From the NCBI GenBank assembly GCA_014879535.1, contig JACSRX010000029.1:17902-81901 (forward strand): DNA of 64,000 bases, written 5' to 3'. How positions within the stretch are numbered: the stretch's first letter is position 1; every line of letters starts with the position of its first letter. The notes below the pieces were generated by a model. That model saw only the letters and a program-made list of their open reading frames with translations. It did not search any database and was not told the DNA's origin. A program made the translations under genes and the position numbers. Source of the stretch: Chthoniobacterales bacterium. Lineage in GTDB: Bacteria > Verrucomicrobiota > Verrucomicrobiia > Chthoniobacterales > JACTMZ01. Below, piece after piece: positions 7,572 through 16,639 of the stretch.

Positions 7572-10500
7572 ATGAACGCATCCAAGATACCGAAGATCAG
7601 TTCCCTCATGACCCCCCCCCGTTTGCATGTCTGCCTCTTTTCGGCAATGGCCCTGTTGTTGGTTCCGTTTGGAGCCTGTGCGGCGACGTATCACTGGGGC
7701 GGAGGGACGACGAACATTTCCGGGACCGGGACTCCAGGTGGCGGAACCGGCACATGGAACGCCACAAACCAGAACTGGACGCTCAGCAGTTATGCGGGCA
7801 GCGGGAGCGGTTATGTGGCTTGGACCAACTCGACCAATGACAACGCCGTTTTCGGTGGAACCGCCGGAACGGTCACGATCGGAGCCGCCGTTGCAATCGG
7901 CAATCTTGCCGTGGAGACGTCCAACTACGTCTTCACGATCGGAGGCAATATCACCCTCACCAACCAAAGTTTCAGCGGGGCCGGGCTCGCGAGTTCCACA
8001 TTCCAGGCAACCTCAGGGTCACGGACACTCATTTTCTCGGGGACTGGTGCCGCAACTTTTCCCGGCCTGTTGAGAAATGGCGGCGGGACGCTGGGCTTCC
8101 GGCTCGGTTCCAGTCGGGAGGTGAGCCTGACCGCAACCAACAGCGATTACACGGGGGCGACCGCGCTTTTCGCCGGCCAGCTCAACATCAGTTCCATTGC
8201 CAATGGGGGTGTGGCCAGCAGCATCGGGGCCTCTCCCTCGACTGCATCCACCTTGTCCTTTGGCAACAGCACGGCGTCGGCCACTCTCAATTACATCGGC
8301 ACGGGACACGGCACCGACAGGCTGTTCTCCCTCACCGGAACCACAAACACAGTCAACCACAGGATCCTGAGCAGCGGTTCGGGACCGCTGGTCTTCAGCA
8401 GCACCGGGACTGTGGCCCATGCGGGAACGGCCGATCTTGCGCGGACGTTCAGCTTGGGAGGAAACAACAATAACCAGAACACCTTCGCCCCACGGCTTGC
8501 CGACAACGGCACCGGAGCACTGAACTTGATGAAGATCCATTCCGGCACCTGGATCCTCACCGGCAGCAACACGTATTCTGGCACAACCACGGTCAGCGGT
8601 GGCACGCTTCTCATCGAAGGCAATCAGTCCGCCGCCGCGGGCGCAGTCACGGTTTCTTATGGCGCGACGCTCGGTGGAAGCGGGACGATCGGCGGCTCGG
8701 TGACCTTCGAATCCGGGGCTTCTGCTCTGCTCTCCGTGGGCAACTCGATGACCATCAACGGCAATCTGACGGCCAACACGAACACGGTGAAGGTGATCCT
8801 TCCCGACAACCTTCCGATCGGCACCTACCCCTTGGCGACCTTCGGCGGAAGTTTCTCAGGCTCGTTCGCCAGCGTCCCGACGGTGGCCAGCGGTTCCTTC
8901 GCGCCGGGCACGACGAATTACATCGCCACCGGCGGGGGCCGCGTGATCCTCCGTGTGCAGACAGCTCCACCGCCGACTCCTTCGGACACGACCATGACAA
9001 TCGACAGTTCGCTCAACCCCTCCTATTCCGGAAAGTCCATCACCTTCACCGCCATGGTCGCCCCCGCCCAGGGCTCCGCGGCGCCCACCGGCACGGTTCA
9101 GTTCAAGACCAATGGTTCGCCGTTCGGGGCGCCCGTCGCCGTCGTTCCCGGCGTCGGCTCTTTCGGCGTGGCTTCCATCAATACCAGCACGCTGCCCGTG
9201 GGCACAACGGCTGTCACAGCGGAGTATTCGGCGACGGGGCTCTTCAACAACAGTTCTGCCACCCTTCCCGGCGGACAGGTTGTGACGGCGTCCGCTCCGA
9301 ACGCGAACACGCTCATCCCGTATATCACGAATTTTCCGACCACACCCAATCCCTTGGTCATCCGCGACTGGAAGCAGACTGCCCTCGACTACCACGAACT
9401 GGCGCTCAGTCCCGCCAGCACCGGCCAGCATTTGCCTTTGCTGAACGAGTATAGCATCAGCACGGCAGCCGGTTATTTCGGACCTGCCTTCTCTCTGCCG
9501 AGCTATGTTGGAAGGCCTTCCGGCACCGGAGAGGCGCTCTCGGTGGTCGGTGCGGTCTTGGGAGGCACTTTGGCCGGTCGCGACATGGCAAACTTCAACG
9601 GCTCCGATCGCGTTGCGCAATCCGAGGTCTACTTCTCCGTGGTCAACGGACGCGGATTGGTCTTCAACGGCGTCGATTCGCAGGGCTCGGGTTCGGCTTG
9701 GTATGACATCTACCCCAGCATCCTTTTCTATGAACTCGGGTCGCGGTATCCAGCGCGCCCGACTCTGCAGACAAAGATGACTGCAATTGCCGACAGTTGG
9801 CTGGCTGCAATCCCCGTGCTGAGCAACAACTGGGAGCACACGGGCTTCAATTTCCAGACCATGACCACCACGGATTCCGCATGGCAGGAACCCGACATGG
9901 CCATCGGCATCGCGTGGCTCCAATACATGGCCTACGCACGCACGGGCGATCCCAAGTATCTGGCCGCGGCCGACACCTGCATGACGCAGATGAACAACCG
10001 CAGCTCCAATCCGGTTTACGAGGTTTTGGGCTACTACGGACCGCTGCTGGCGGCGCGCATGAAGGCGGAGGTGGGGCGCAATTACTCATCCAGCAAACAT
10101 CTCAACTGGGTGTTTGCGTCCACGTCAGCCGCCCGGACGGGATGGGGATGCATAAGGGCACGATGGGGAAGCTACGATGCCTACGGACTCATGGGCAGCA
10201 CCATGGACCAGGGCGGCTATGCGTTTTCGATGAATTCCTTCGCGGCAGCCGGAGCGATCGCACCAATGGTTCGATATGAACCGCAGTATGCACGCCTGCT
10301 GGGACGGTGGCTGCTGCACACTGCGGCGAACGCGAACTTGTTTTATTCAGGCACACTGCCAGCCAACATGCAGGCGAATGCGGCCTGGGTGCAATCGACC
10401 GGAGTGCAATGCATCGCGTATGAAGGCGTCCGCCGCAACGGCCCCACCGTTCCTTATGCATCGGGCGATGCCGATACCCATTGGCCGGGCCAATCGATCC

Positions 10501-11291
10501 TGAACTTCAATCCTTACGGTGCCTGGAGCAGCGGATACATGGCCGCGCTGTATCGAACTTCGAACATCGCGGGGATCCTGCAGGTTGATTGCGTCGCCAC
10601 GGAATCTTTTCCGCCCGCAACGCACCCGACCTACCTCTACTACAACCCGCATGGCACCACGCAGCAGGTCGCCGTGGAGGCCGGCGGCAGCCAAAAGCAC
10701 ATCTACAACCTCGTTACGGGCGCTTTCGTAGCCACGAATGTCACGGGTTCCCCCCTGATTTCTGTTCCATCGGATGCTTCAGTCGTTGCCGTGATGTGTC
10801 CCGCCGACAGTCCCATCACCCAATCGGGAAGACGTCTGATGGTCGGCGGAGTCGTGATCGACCATTGGAACGCCCTGCTTGACAGCGACAATGACGGACT
10901 CCCGGATTGGTGGGAGAGCCGCTACTACGGAAGCAGCACCGGCGCCCAACCCCAGGTGCTCGGGGCGAATCAGACCAGCAACCTGCAAAGCTACCGGTTG
11001 GGCCTGAACCCGACCGATCCGAATTCGCGATTCCGCGCGATGGTCGGACGCCAAGCCGGCACGGGCTTCCCGCAGATCAGCTGGTCGGCGGTCGGCGGCA
11101 AGCGTTACGCCGTCGAATACCGCAGCAGCTTCACGAATGCGACGGATTTTGTCCCGGCGCTCACCGTGACGTCCACAAATGCCGCGGCGGGCGCCGAAGG
11201 TTGGATGAATTGGGTGGATGACGGCACGTTGACCGGTGGCATCACGAACGCAACGTCACGCTTCTACAGGGTGAAATTGGTGGACCCGTAA
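7572..11291 (+). CDS. Large secreted multidomain protein: autotransporter-associated beta-strand repeats, an Ig-like domain, a possible (alpha/alpha)6 glycan-active region and a DSDNDGLPDWWE C-terminal module
   Basis: ORF 7434..11291. Likely start is ATG 7572 or 7608 (signal peptide LHVCLFSAMALLLVPFGACA). Repeats such as GGGTGTWNATNQNWT and SGGTLLIEGNQSAAAGAVTVSYGATLGGSGTIGG. Ig-like segment ITFTAMVAPAQGSAAPTGTVQFKTNGSPFGAPV. C-terminus DSDNDGLPDWWESRYYG...LNPTDPNSRF. Confidence 0.7.
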   Translation: MNASKIPKISSLMTPPRLHVCLFSAMALLLVPFGACAATYHWGGGTTNISGTGTPGGGTGTWNATNQNWTLSSYAGSGSGYVAWTNSTNDNAVFGGTAGTVTIGAAVAIGNLAVETSNYVFTIGGNITLTNQSFSGAGLASSTFQATSGSRTLIFSGTGAATFPGLLRNGGGTLGFRLGSSREVSLTATNSDYTGATALFAGQLNISSIANGGVASSIGASPSTASTLSFGNSTASATLNYIGTGHGTDRLFSLTGTTNTVNHRILSSGSGPLVFSSTGTVAHAGTADLARTFSLGGNNNNQNTFAPRLADNGTGALNLMKIHSGTWILTGSNTYSGTTTVSGGTLLIEGNQSAAAGAVTVSYGATLGGSGTIGGSVTFESGASALLSVGNSMTINGNLTANTNTVKVILPDNLPIGTYPLATFGGSFSGSFASVPTVASGSFAPGTTNYIATGGGRVILRVQTAPPPTPSDTTMTIDSSLNPSYSGKSITFTAMVAPAQGSAAPTGTVQFKTNGSPFGAPVAVVPGVGSFGVASINTSTLPVGTTAVTAEYSATGLFNNSSATLPGGQVVTASAPNANTLIPYITNFPTTPNPLVIRDWKQTALDYHELALSPASTGQHLPLLNEYSISTAAGYFGPAFSLPSYVGRPSGTGEALSVVGAVLGGTLAGRDMANFNGSDRVAQSEVYFSVVNGRGLVFNGVDSQGSGSAWYDIYPSILFYELGSRYPARPTLQTKMTAIADSWLAAIPVLSNNWEHTGFNFQTMTTTDSAWQEPDMAIGIAWLQYMAYARTGDPKYLAAADTCMTQMNNRSSNPVYEVLGYYGPLLAARMKAEVGRNYSSSKHLNWVFASTSAARTGWGCIRARWGSYDAYGLMGSTMDQGGYAFSMNSFAAAGAIAPMVRYEPQYARLLGRWLLHTAANANLFYSGTLPANMQANAAWVQSTGVQCIAYEGVRRNGPTVPYASGDADTHWPGQSILNFNPYGAWSSGYMAALYRTSNIAGILQVDCVATESFPPATHPTYLYYNPHGTTQQVAVEAGGSQKHIYNLVTGAFVATNVTGSPLISVPSDASVVAVMCPADSPITQSGRRLMVGGVVIDHWNALLDSDNDGLPDWWESRYYGSSTGAQPQVLGANQTSNLQSYRLGLNPTDPNSRFRAMVGRQAGTGFPQISWSAVGGKRYAVEYRSSFTNATDFVPALTVTSTNAAAGAEGWMNWVDDGTLTGGITNATSRFYRVKLVDP
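7612..7620 (+). repeat. C9 homopolymer tract at the 5' end of the giant secreted-protein gene
   Basis: ATGACCCCCCCCCGTTTG. The tract starts in codon 2 if ATG 7608 is the start, or codon 14 if ATG 7572 is. Confidence 0.95.
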
Positions 11292-11319
11292 GCGGTCCGC
11301 CTCCACCGCAAGGTCCCCC

Positions 11320-12813
11320 TCAGGGGCGCTCGATCCGGAACGGCGCGGCGGGAAGGCCATCCGAATTCCGAAGGAGCCCTTCGGGATTGTCCTTCCAAGC
11401 GTAGCGGATCACCTTGGGATCCTTGACGCCGTCGGCGCTGACGACCACCGAGTCACCATCGACGCGGGCCTCCGCGGGGGTGAACTTCCCTCCGTCTTCG
11501 CCCGCAACCTCGAAGCCCCCGGACACCGCGTCGAGTTTGAGTCCCTGCGCGACATGCTTGAAGCTGACCCGGGTGTTCGCCGCCGTCCATTCCGCCTCCG
11601 TGGGCTCGGGTCCGAAGGCTGGAATATCCCTGTCGTAGACCGTGGCAAGCGCGACCAAGGCCGCACGCCGCCCGGCCTCGGGCTTGTTGCGGGGATGAAG
11701 GTTGACCGCATCCCCGATGTCCAACGTGACCACGAGCCCGCAGTGCGGGGTTTCGCGGGCCACCCCGGCCTGCATCGCACGCAATTCCGCCCACAGCCCG
11801 CTGGCGCGAAGATATTTTTCGGTCTGCCCCCAATTCGCAAGTTGCACGATGAGGAAGGAAAGTTCGGGATCCTGCCATTCCCCTCGCCAGCTGGAAATGA
11901 GCCCCGCCAACAGGTCTCGGTAGGGTTCCGACCTCCAAGCGTTCGTTTCCCCCTGATACCAAAGCACGCCGCGGATTGCATAGGGCACCAGTGGCTGGAT
12001 CAGTCTTTCGAAAAGCTTGGAAAAATTCGCAGGATACTTCTCGGGGGACGGTGGTGCGTTCGGCTTGGCGCGACGCTTCTTCCCATCCGCCTCCTGCCAG
12101 GCGCGCAGATCCTTGGCATGATCCTCCATCCGGATCGCGTATTCCGGCCGGTAGGCCTCTACGGAGCGACGCTTCAGATCGTCGGACCAAACGGATGGCG
12201 CCACCCAGCTTTCAATGGGCGAGCCCCCCACCGCGGCTTGGAGCAAGCCCACGGGATGCCCCAATTCCTGATGGAGCTTTTTTCCGAAGAAATAGGCCAT
12301 GGCATAGGCAGACCCCACGGTTTCAGGGGAGCACACTTTCCAAGTCCCATCGAAAAAACGGATCTCAGGAAGGTCGGCGGCCTGCACTTCCTTTTCCTCA
12401 CCCACAACCCCGCCATAGTCGCACTTGGGGGTCGCGGAAACTGTCATCCTCATGTTGGACTGGCCGGAGCACAGCCAGACCTCGCCCGCGAGCACATCCT
12501 TGAGGACGATCCGGTTCTCTCCCTCGATGGTCAGGTCCGGAACCGGTCCGGGCGGCAAGGGAGGCAACTGCAGCTTCCAGTTGCCCGTGGAATCCGCAAC
12601 GCCCGACGCGACAACCTTGTCGCCCAGCAGAACCCGGACCGGCTCCCCTTTCGCCGCCGTCCCCCAGACTGGGACGGGACGGTCCTGCTGCAGGACCATG
12701 TGGTCGCCAAAGACAGCGGGCAAATCAACGGCCGCCAAAAGCGTCGGCCTTCCGCCCAGCCCCGACACGAGCACGACCATGGAAAAAAACAGCGTTCCGG
12801 AACGTGCCTTCAT
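11320..12813 (-). CDS. SASA-family (sialate O-acetylesterase-like) carbohydrate esterase
   Basis: The internal ATG at 12813 gives a signal peptide (LFFSMVVLVSGLGG). LPAVFGDHMVLQQDRPVPVWGTA plus the catalytic-type motif WLCSGQSNM are typical of 9-O-acetylesterase-like SGNH proteins. Confidence 0.75.
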   Translation of the reverse strand: MKARSGTLFFSMVVLVSGLGGRPTLLAAVDLPAVFGDHMVLQQDRPVPVWGTAAKGEPVRVLLGDKVVASGVADSTGNWKLQLPPLPPGPVPDLTIEGENRIVLKDVLAGEVWLCSGQSNMRMTVSATPKCDYGGVVGEEKEVQAADLPEIRFFDGTWKVCSPETVGSAYAMAYFFGKKLHQELGHPVGLLQAAVGGSPIESWVAPSVWSDDLKRRSVEAYRPEYAIRMEDHAKDLRAWQEADGKKRRAKPNAPPSPEKYPANFSKLFERLIQPLVPYAIRGVLWYQGETNAWRSEPYRDLLAGLISSWRGEWQDPELSFLIVQLANWGQTEKYLRASGLWAELRAMQAGVARETPHCGLVVTLDIGDAVNLHPRNKPEAGRRAALVALATVYDRDIPAFGPEPTEAEWTAANTRVSFKHVAQGLKLDAVSGGFEVAGEDGGKFTPAEARVDGDSVVVSADGVKDPKVIRYAWKDNPEGLLRNSDGLPAAPFRIERP

Positions 12814-13013
12814 GGGGTGATAACTATTCCTATCGCCGCCATGGGGCATCGGATTTCCGAAGCTGTCGATTATTGAACACGACCGGGCCTCGGATATGTC
12901 GGGGCATCGGCCCCCATTCAGGGGCCCGTCCAATCCGGGCATGTGGCCCTTGGGATAGAAGTCTCGCTTTCGGCGGGCTGCCCATTATGTTCCTCGGGCC
13001 AGTGCTCCATACC

Positions 13014-14636
13014 ATGCGATCGCCCTTGGTTGTTGTTGTATTGCTGGCGGGCTGCCTGCTTGCCGGTTCATCCACATTGTTCGCCTCGGGTGGTCATGGT
13101 GAGGCGGCAGTGCCCTCGTTCCCCCAGCCGTTGACCGACTACGAGGCTGTGGAAGCCCAGCGCGCCTCGGAGATCGGCCGTCCGCTTTCACTCGTCGAAA
13201 CTCTCGTCCTCCGGGCACAGGAGGACCCCTTCAATGTCGTGGCAACGGTCATCTTTTTGCTCGCCGTCATACACACGTTCCTGTGCGCGAAGTTCACGAA
13301 GTTGGCCCACCGGATCGACGAGGCGCATCATGCCGAACTGGTCGCATCCGGGGTGACGTATCCGGAAGGACGGGAGCCGGTCTCCTTTTCGGCCACCTTT
13401 TTCCATCTGCTCGGCGAGGTCGAGGCGGTCTTCGGATTGTGGCTGGTTCCCTTGGGGCTGTTTCTTTTCCTCGCCCCGCACCATGGATGGGGCGATTTGG
13501 TCAGCTACATCGACACACGCAACTTCACCGAGCCCATTTTTGTCGTCGTGATCATGGCGATCGCGTCCAGCCGCCCCGTGGTGTTTTTTTCCAGGACTTG
13601 CCTGCGCCAAGTCGCCCGTTTGGGGAACGAGAGCCCGATGGCCTGGTGGCTGTCCATCCTTCTCATCACCCCGCTGCTGGGGTCATTCATCACCGAGCCG
13701 GCTGCCATGACCATCGGGGCACTGCTGCTCGGGAGACAGTTCTACATCCACCGTCCCTCAGTCCCCCTGCAGTATGCCACACTCGGGCTGTTGTTCGTCG
13801 GAATCTCCGTGGGAGGCACCCTCACGCATTTCGCAGCCCCGCCGATCCTTATGGTTGCAGGAACATGGGAATGGACCATGCCGTTCATGCTTGCGCACTT
13901 CGGATGGCGCGCCGTCCTTGGCATCGCGTTGTCCGTGCTTGCCTATTTCATCCTGTTCCGCAAGCAACTCTGCGCCCTTGCGGCGACTGCTGCGAGACAC
14001 TCCCCTTCCGGAGGCGAAGATGACGAGGATGTCTCACCACCCGTTCCGTTCTGGGTCACGCTCGTGCACATAGGGTTCCTTGCTTGGACGGTCATCAACC
14101 TCCACCACCCCGCGCTCTTCGTCATCGGTTTCCTGTTCTTTCTGGCATTCGCACGGGCGACGGAGCATTACCAAGACGTATTGGTGCTGCGCGGCCCCGT
14201 GCTCGTCGGTTTCTTCCTCGCGGCATTGGTCATCCACGGTGGCCTGCAGGGCTGGTGGATTTCGCCGGTCCTTGCCGGCCTGGGGGAAGTTCCCCTCTTT
14301 TTCACCGGCGTGGTGCTCACGGCCTTCAATGACAATGCCGCCATCACCTATCTGGGATCGCAGGTTCCGGCATTCAGTCCCGAGCATATGGTCGGCGGGG
14401 TGATGGTGGCCAAGGAGGGCGCGGAACTGGTTGCCGCACAGGCGCTCCAATATGCCCTCGTGGCCGGGGCGGTGGCGGGCGGCGGCCTTACCGTCATCGC
14501 CAATGCACCGAACCCGGCCGGCCAGAGCCTGCTCGGGAAATATTTCGGCGACGGTGCGGTTTCCCCCGGAGGCCTGCTGCTCGGCGCACTTCTTCCCACG
14601 GTGATCATGATCATCTGCTTCATCGTGCTGCCTTGA
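13014..14636 (+). CDS. Polytopic inner-membrane protein (possible cation/proton antiporter-like transporter)
   Basis: About 540 aa with more than 10 hydrophobic segments. Start uncertain (ATG 12987 or 13014). The N-terminal region (DPFNVVATVIFLLAVIHTFLCAKFTKLAHRIDEAHH) recalls the putative Na+/H+ antiporter family, but the function call is weak. Confidence 0.45.
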   Translation: MRSPLVVVVLLAGCLLAGSSTLFASGGHGEAAVPSFPQPLTDYEAVEAQRASEIGRPLSLVETLVLRAQEDPFNVVATVIFLLAVIHTFLCAKFTKLAHRIDEAHHAELVASGVTYPEGREPVSFSATFFHLLGEVEAVFGLWLVPLGLFLFLAPHHGWGDLVSYIDTRNFTEPIFVVVIMAIASSRPVVFFSRTCLRQVARLGNESPMAWWLSILLITPLLGSFITEPAAMTIGALLLGRQFYIHRPSVPLQYATLGLLFVGISVGGTLTHFAAPPILMVAGTWEWTMPFMLAHFGWRAVLGIALSVLAYFILFRKQLCALAATAARHSPSGGEDDEDVSPPVPFWVTLVHIGFLAWTVINLHHPALFVIGFLFFLAFARATEHYQDVLVLRGPVLVGFFLAALVIHGGLQGWWISPVLAGLGEVPLFFTGVVLTAFNDNAAITYLGSQVPAFSPEHMVGGVMVAKEGAELVAAQALQYALVAGAVAGGGLTVIANAPNPAGQSLLGKYFGDGAVSPGGLLLGALLPTVIMIICFIVLP

Positions 14637-14657
14637 GCAGGACACGCCCTCCGAGGA

Positions 14658-14690
14658 GAAAGCAAAAAGGGCGCACCGAAGGTGCGCCCT
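14658..14690 (-). terminator. Intrinsic terminator closing the minus-strand glycan operon
   Basis: On the minus strand: AGGGCGCAC-CTTCG-GTGCGCCCT (9-bp GC stem, 5-nt loop) followed by TTTTTGCTTTC, 27 nt after the GT26 stop. It lies between convergent genes. Confidence 0.6.
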
Positions 14691-14717
14691 GCCCGGATAT
14701 CCAACCGTGGGATCACG

Positions 14718-15497
14718 TCATGGGAATGTGCCCGCATCCTGCTTCACGGGAGAGTGCTGGCGATGGCGCCAGACAAGCCCAAGCAGCGGCAGTGCGCTCC
14801 AATAGCGTGGAACAAATTTTCGAGGTTCACTCAAGCACCGCATCAACCATCCCAGGCCCGAGCGATCCGCCCATACGGGAATGGTGGCCTGGGTGCCTGC
14901 AAGAAAGGCGACCGCCGCACCGGTGCAGATGATGCCCGGACGGGGATCAAGCCGTTCCCTCAGCCAGGCGCCAAGCACCTCCTGCTTTCCGCCGGCGAGA
15001 TTGAGGAAGACGACCCGCGGCCTCGCCGACTGCAATCGGGCCAGCAAATCAGGGTCCTCGATGGGATAGGCCCGGTAAAACGGGGCCACATGGGTGTTGT
15101 CCTCGCCCACAGGAAAACCCCGGGCCCGCAGCCATCCTGCGATGGCGTCACCCTCCGCCTTGGTCGGCATGACCCAGAATACCGCCCCCGGCTCCTTCAA
15201 CTCCGGGCGGTCGAGAATCGCCTCGAGAAACTTCAGCCCCGAGTGCCGGGGAACGGCGATTCCCGTTGCCATGCGGAACACGGACACCATCACAGCGCTG
15301 TCGGTCAGCACGACATCCGCCGTCTCGACACTTCGGCGATAATGAGGGACCCGGCGCAATTCACCCGCCAGATTTGGGCCGGACGGCGCGACCACGAGCG
15401 CCCCTCTCAGCGCCTCCGCCACCGCTTCCTCCACGGAGCCGGTGAAAAACGGAAGCCCGAGTATGCGCTGCGTGCTGTTCATTCGGGAGTGCGTCAT
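14718..15497 (-). CDS. WecB/TagA/CpsF-family (GT26) glycosyltransferase
   Basis: Start at ATG 15497 (ATGA overlap with the upstream stop). RILGLPFFTGSVEEAV...VVFLNLAGGKQEVLGAWL...TGAAVAFLAGTQATIPVWADRSGLGWLMR matches the GT26 pattern. Confidence 0.8.
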   Translation of the reverse strand: MTHSRMNSTQRILGLPFFTGSVEEAVAEALRGALVVAPSGPNLAGELRRVPHYRRSVETADVVLTDSAVMVSVFRMATGIAVPRHSGLKFLEAILDRPELKEPGAVFWVMPTKAEGDAIAGWLRARGFPVGEDNTHVAPFYRAYPIEDPDLLARLQSARPRVVFLNLAGGKQEVLGAWLRERLDPRPGIICTGAAVAFLAGTQATIPVWADRSGLGWLMRCLSEPRKFVPRYWSALPLLGLVWRHRQHSPVKQDAGTFP

Positions 15498-16078
15498 GCC
15501 CCGGATGCGTCCTTCCAACGCGGGCCACGCTCCTTGGCCGGATTCCCGGAGCAGATCATCCCCGGAGCGAGATCCCTTGTGACAACCGCTCCCGCTGCGG
15601 CAACCGATTCCGCGCCGACGCAAACCCCCGGGCCGATGAATGCGGCCGCCCCGATCCATGCGCCCCCGCCGATGCTGATCGGCGCATTGCGGTAGGAAAA
15701 CGCCTCATCCCGGTAGTCATGGTTGCCCGTGCACAGGAAAGCCCTCTGCGAGATGCAAGTGTGGGCGCCGATCCGCACCGGCTCGAAGTTCAGAATGAAC
15801 ACCTCCTCGCCAATCCATGCATGGTCACCAATCTCCAGCTTCCACGGGAAATGAATGTTCACCCTCGGCTTGATCACCACGCCGTGGCCGATCTTCGCCC
15901 CGAAGGCACGCAGTAGCGTCACCCGCAGACCGGATGGCCAAGGCAGCGGGGACAGGAAAAACAGGCATTTCAGCAGATACCACACCCCCTCCATCCCCTT
16001 CGACCGCCCACGGTCGAGGCCCTTGCCGGAGTCAAACTTGTCGAGACGGGTTTTCATGGTCTTTGGATATTGTGACAC
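15494..16078 (-). CDS. WcaF-like hexapeptide-repeat O-acetyltransferase
   Basis: LRVTLLRAFGAKIGHGVVIKPRVNIHFPWKLEIGDHAWIGEEVFILNFEPVRIGAHTCISQRAFLCTGNHD aligns along its length with E. coli WcaF as I recall it. Confidence 0.8.
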   Translation of the reverse strand: MSQYPKTMKTRLDKFDSGKGLDRGRSKGMEGVWYLLKCLFFLSPLPWPSGLRVTLLRAFGAKIGHGVVIKPRVNIHFPWKLEIGDHAWIGEEVFILNFEPVRIGAHTCISQRAFLCTGNHDYRDEAFSYRNAPISIGGGAWIGAAAFIGPGVCVGAESVAAAGAVVTRDLAPGMICSGNPAKERGPRWKDASGA

Positions 16079-16138
16079 TTGGATTGCAGGTCATGCACTT
16101 TCCATTGAATGCAACACGGCTTGTCCGGAGGCCAAGCC

Positions 16139-16639
16139 CTACCTTTCGATCGCCTTCTTCGATTCCACTTCGTGGGACGGGGCCTCCCCGACCTTGCAGA
16201 ATCTTTGCACGCTCCACGCTCTGGCGAGTCCTGTCCTCAACGCCGCCCCCAAGGCGAGCCCGAGGGCGGCGCCGGCGGTTCCGTAGATTGACCCATGAAG
16301 CGTGCCGTGCCTTCCGGGGATGGGGCCTTGGATCAACTCCTTGATCACCGGCAGCAGCCACACAGCCAAAGTGCTCCACCGCCAATGGCCGCCGCGCCGT
16401 ATCCACCATGAGGCCCCGAGAAACGATGCGCAGTAGAATCCCAGCAGGCCGAAGGCCCAGAAATTCCGGTAATCCGTGATCTTCAGAATGCGCCTCGCCA
16501 TTTCGCGAGGCATCCAAGACACCGTGAAAAATGACGAATCTTGCCGGAATGCAAGATGCGCATAGGCTGCAAGAAGGAGGATGCACACCACCCATGCCAC
16601 CATCCGCCAAGGCGTCCAGTATTCGCGGGTGTTCAACAC
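16139..16639 (-). CDS. VanZ-like small membrane protein
   Basis: 166 aa with 4 hydrophobic segments. VIKELIQGPIPGRHGTLHGSIYGTAGAALG resembles the VanZ E..Q....R.....D...N..G motif. Overlaps the upstream GT4 stop by 7 nt. Confidence 0.5.
   Translation of the reverse strand: MLNTREYWTPWRMVAWVVCILLLAAYAHLAFRQDSSFFTVSWMPREMARRILKITDYRNFWAFGLLGFYCASFLGASWWIRRGGHWRWSTLAVWLLPVIKELIQGPIPGRHGTLHGSIYGTAGAALGLALGAALRTGLARAWSVQRFCKVGEAPSHEVESKKAIER

Noticed and set aside
7416-14636. Possible genomic island integrated at the tRNA-Met gene
   Set aside because: No integrase, transposase or phage genes were seen, and I saw no direct repeat of the tRNA 3' end downstream. The genes look like ordinary chromosomal cargo. 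This was not tested computationally.
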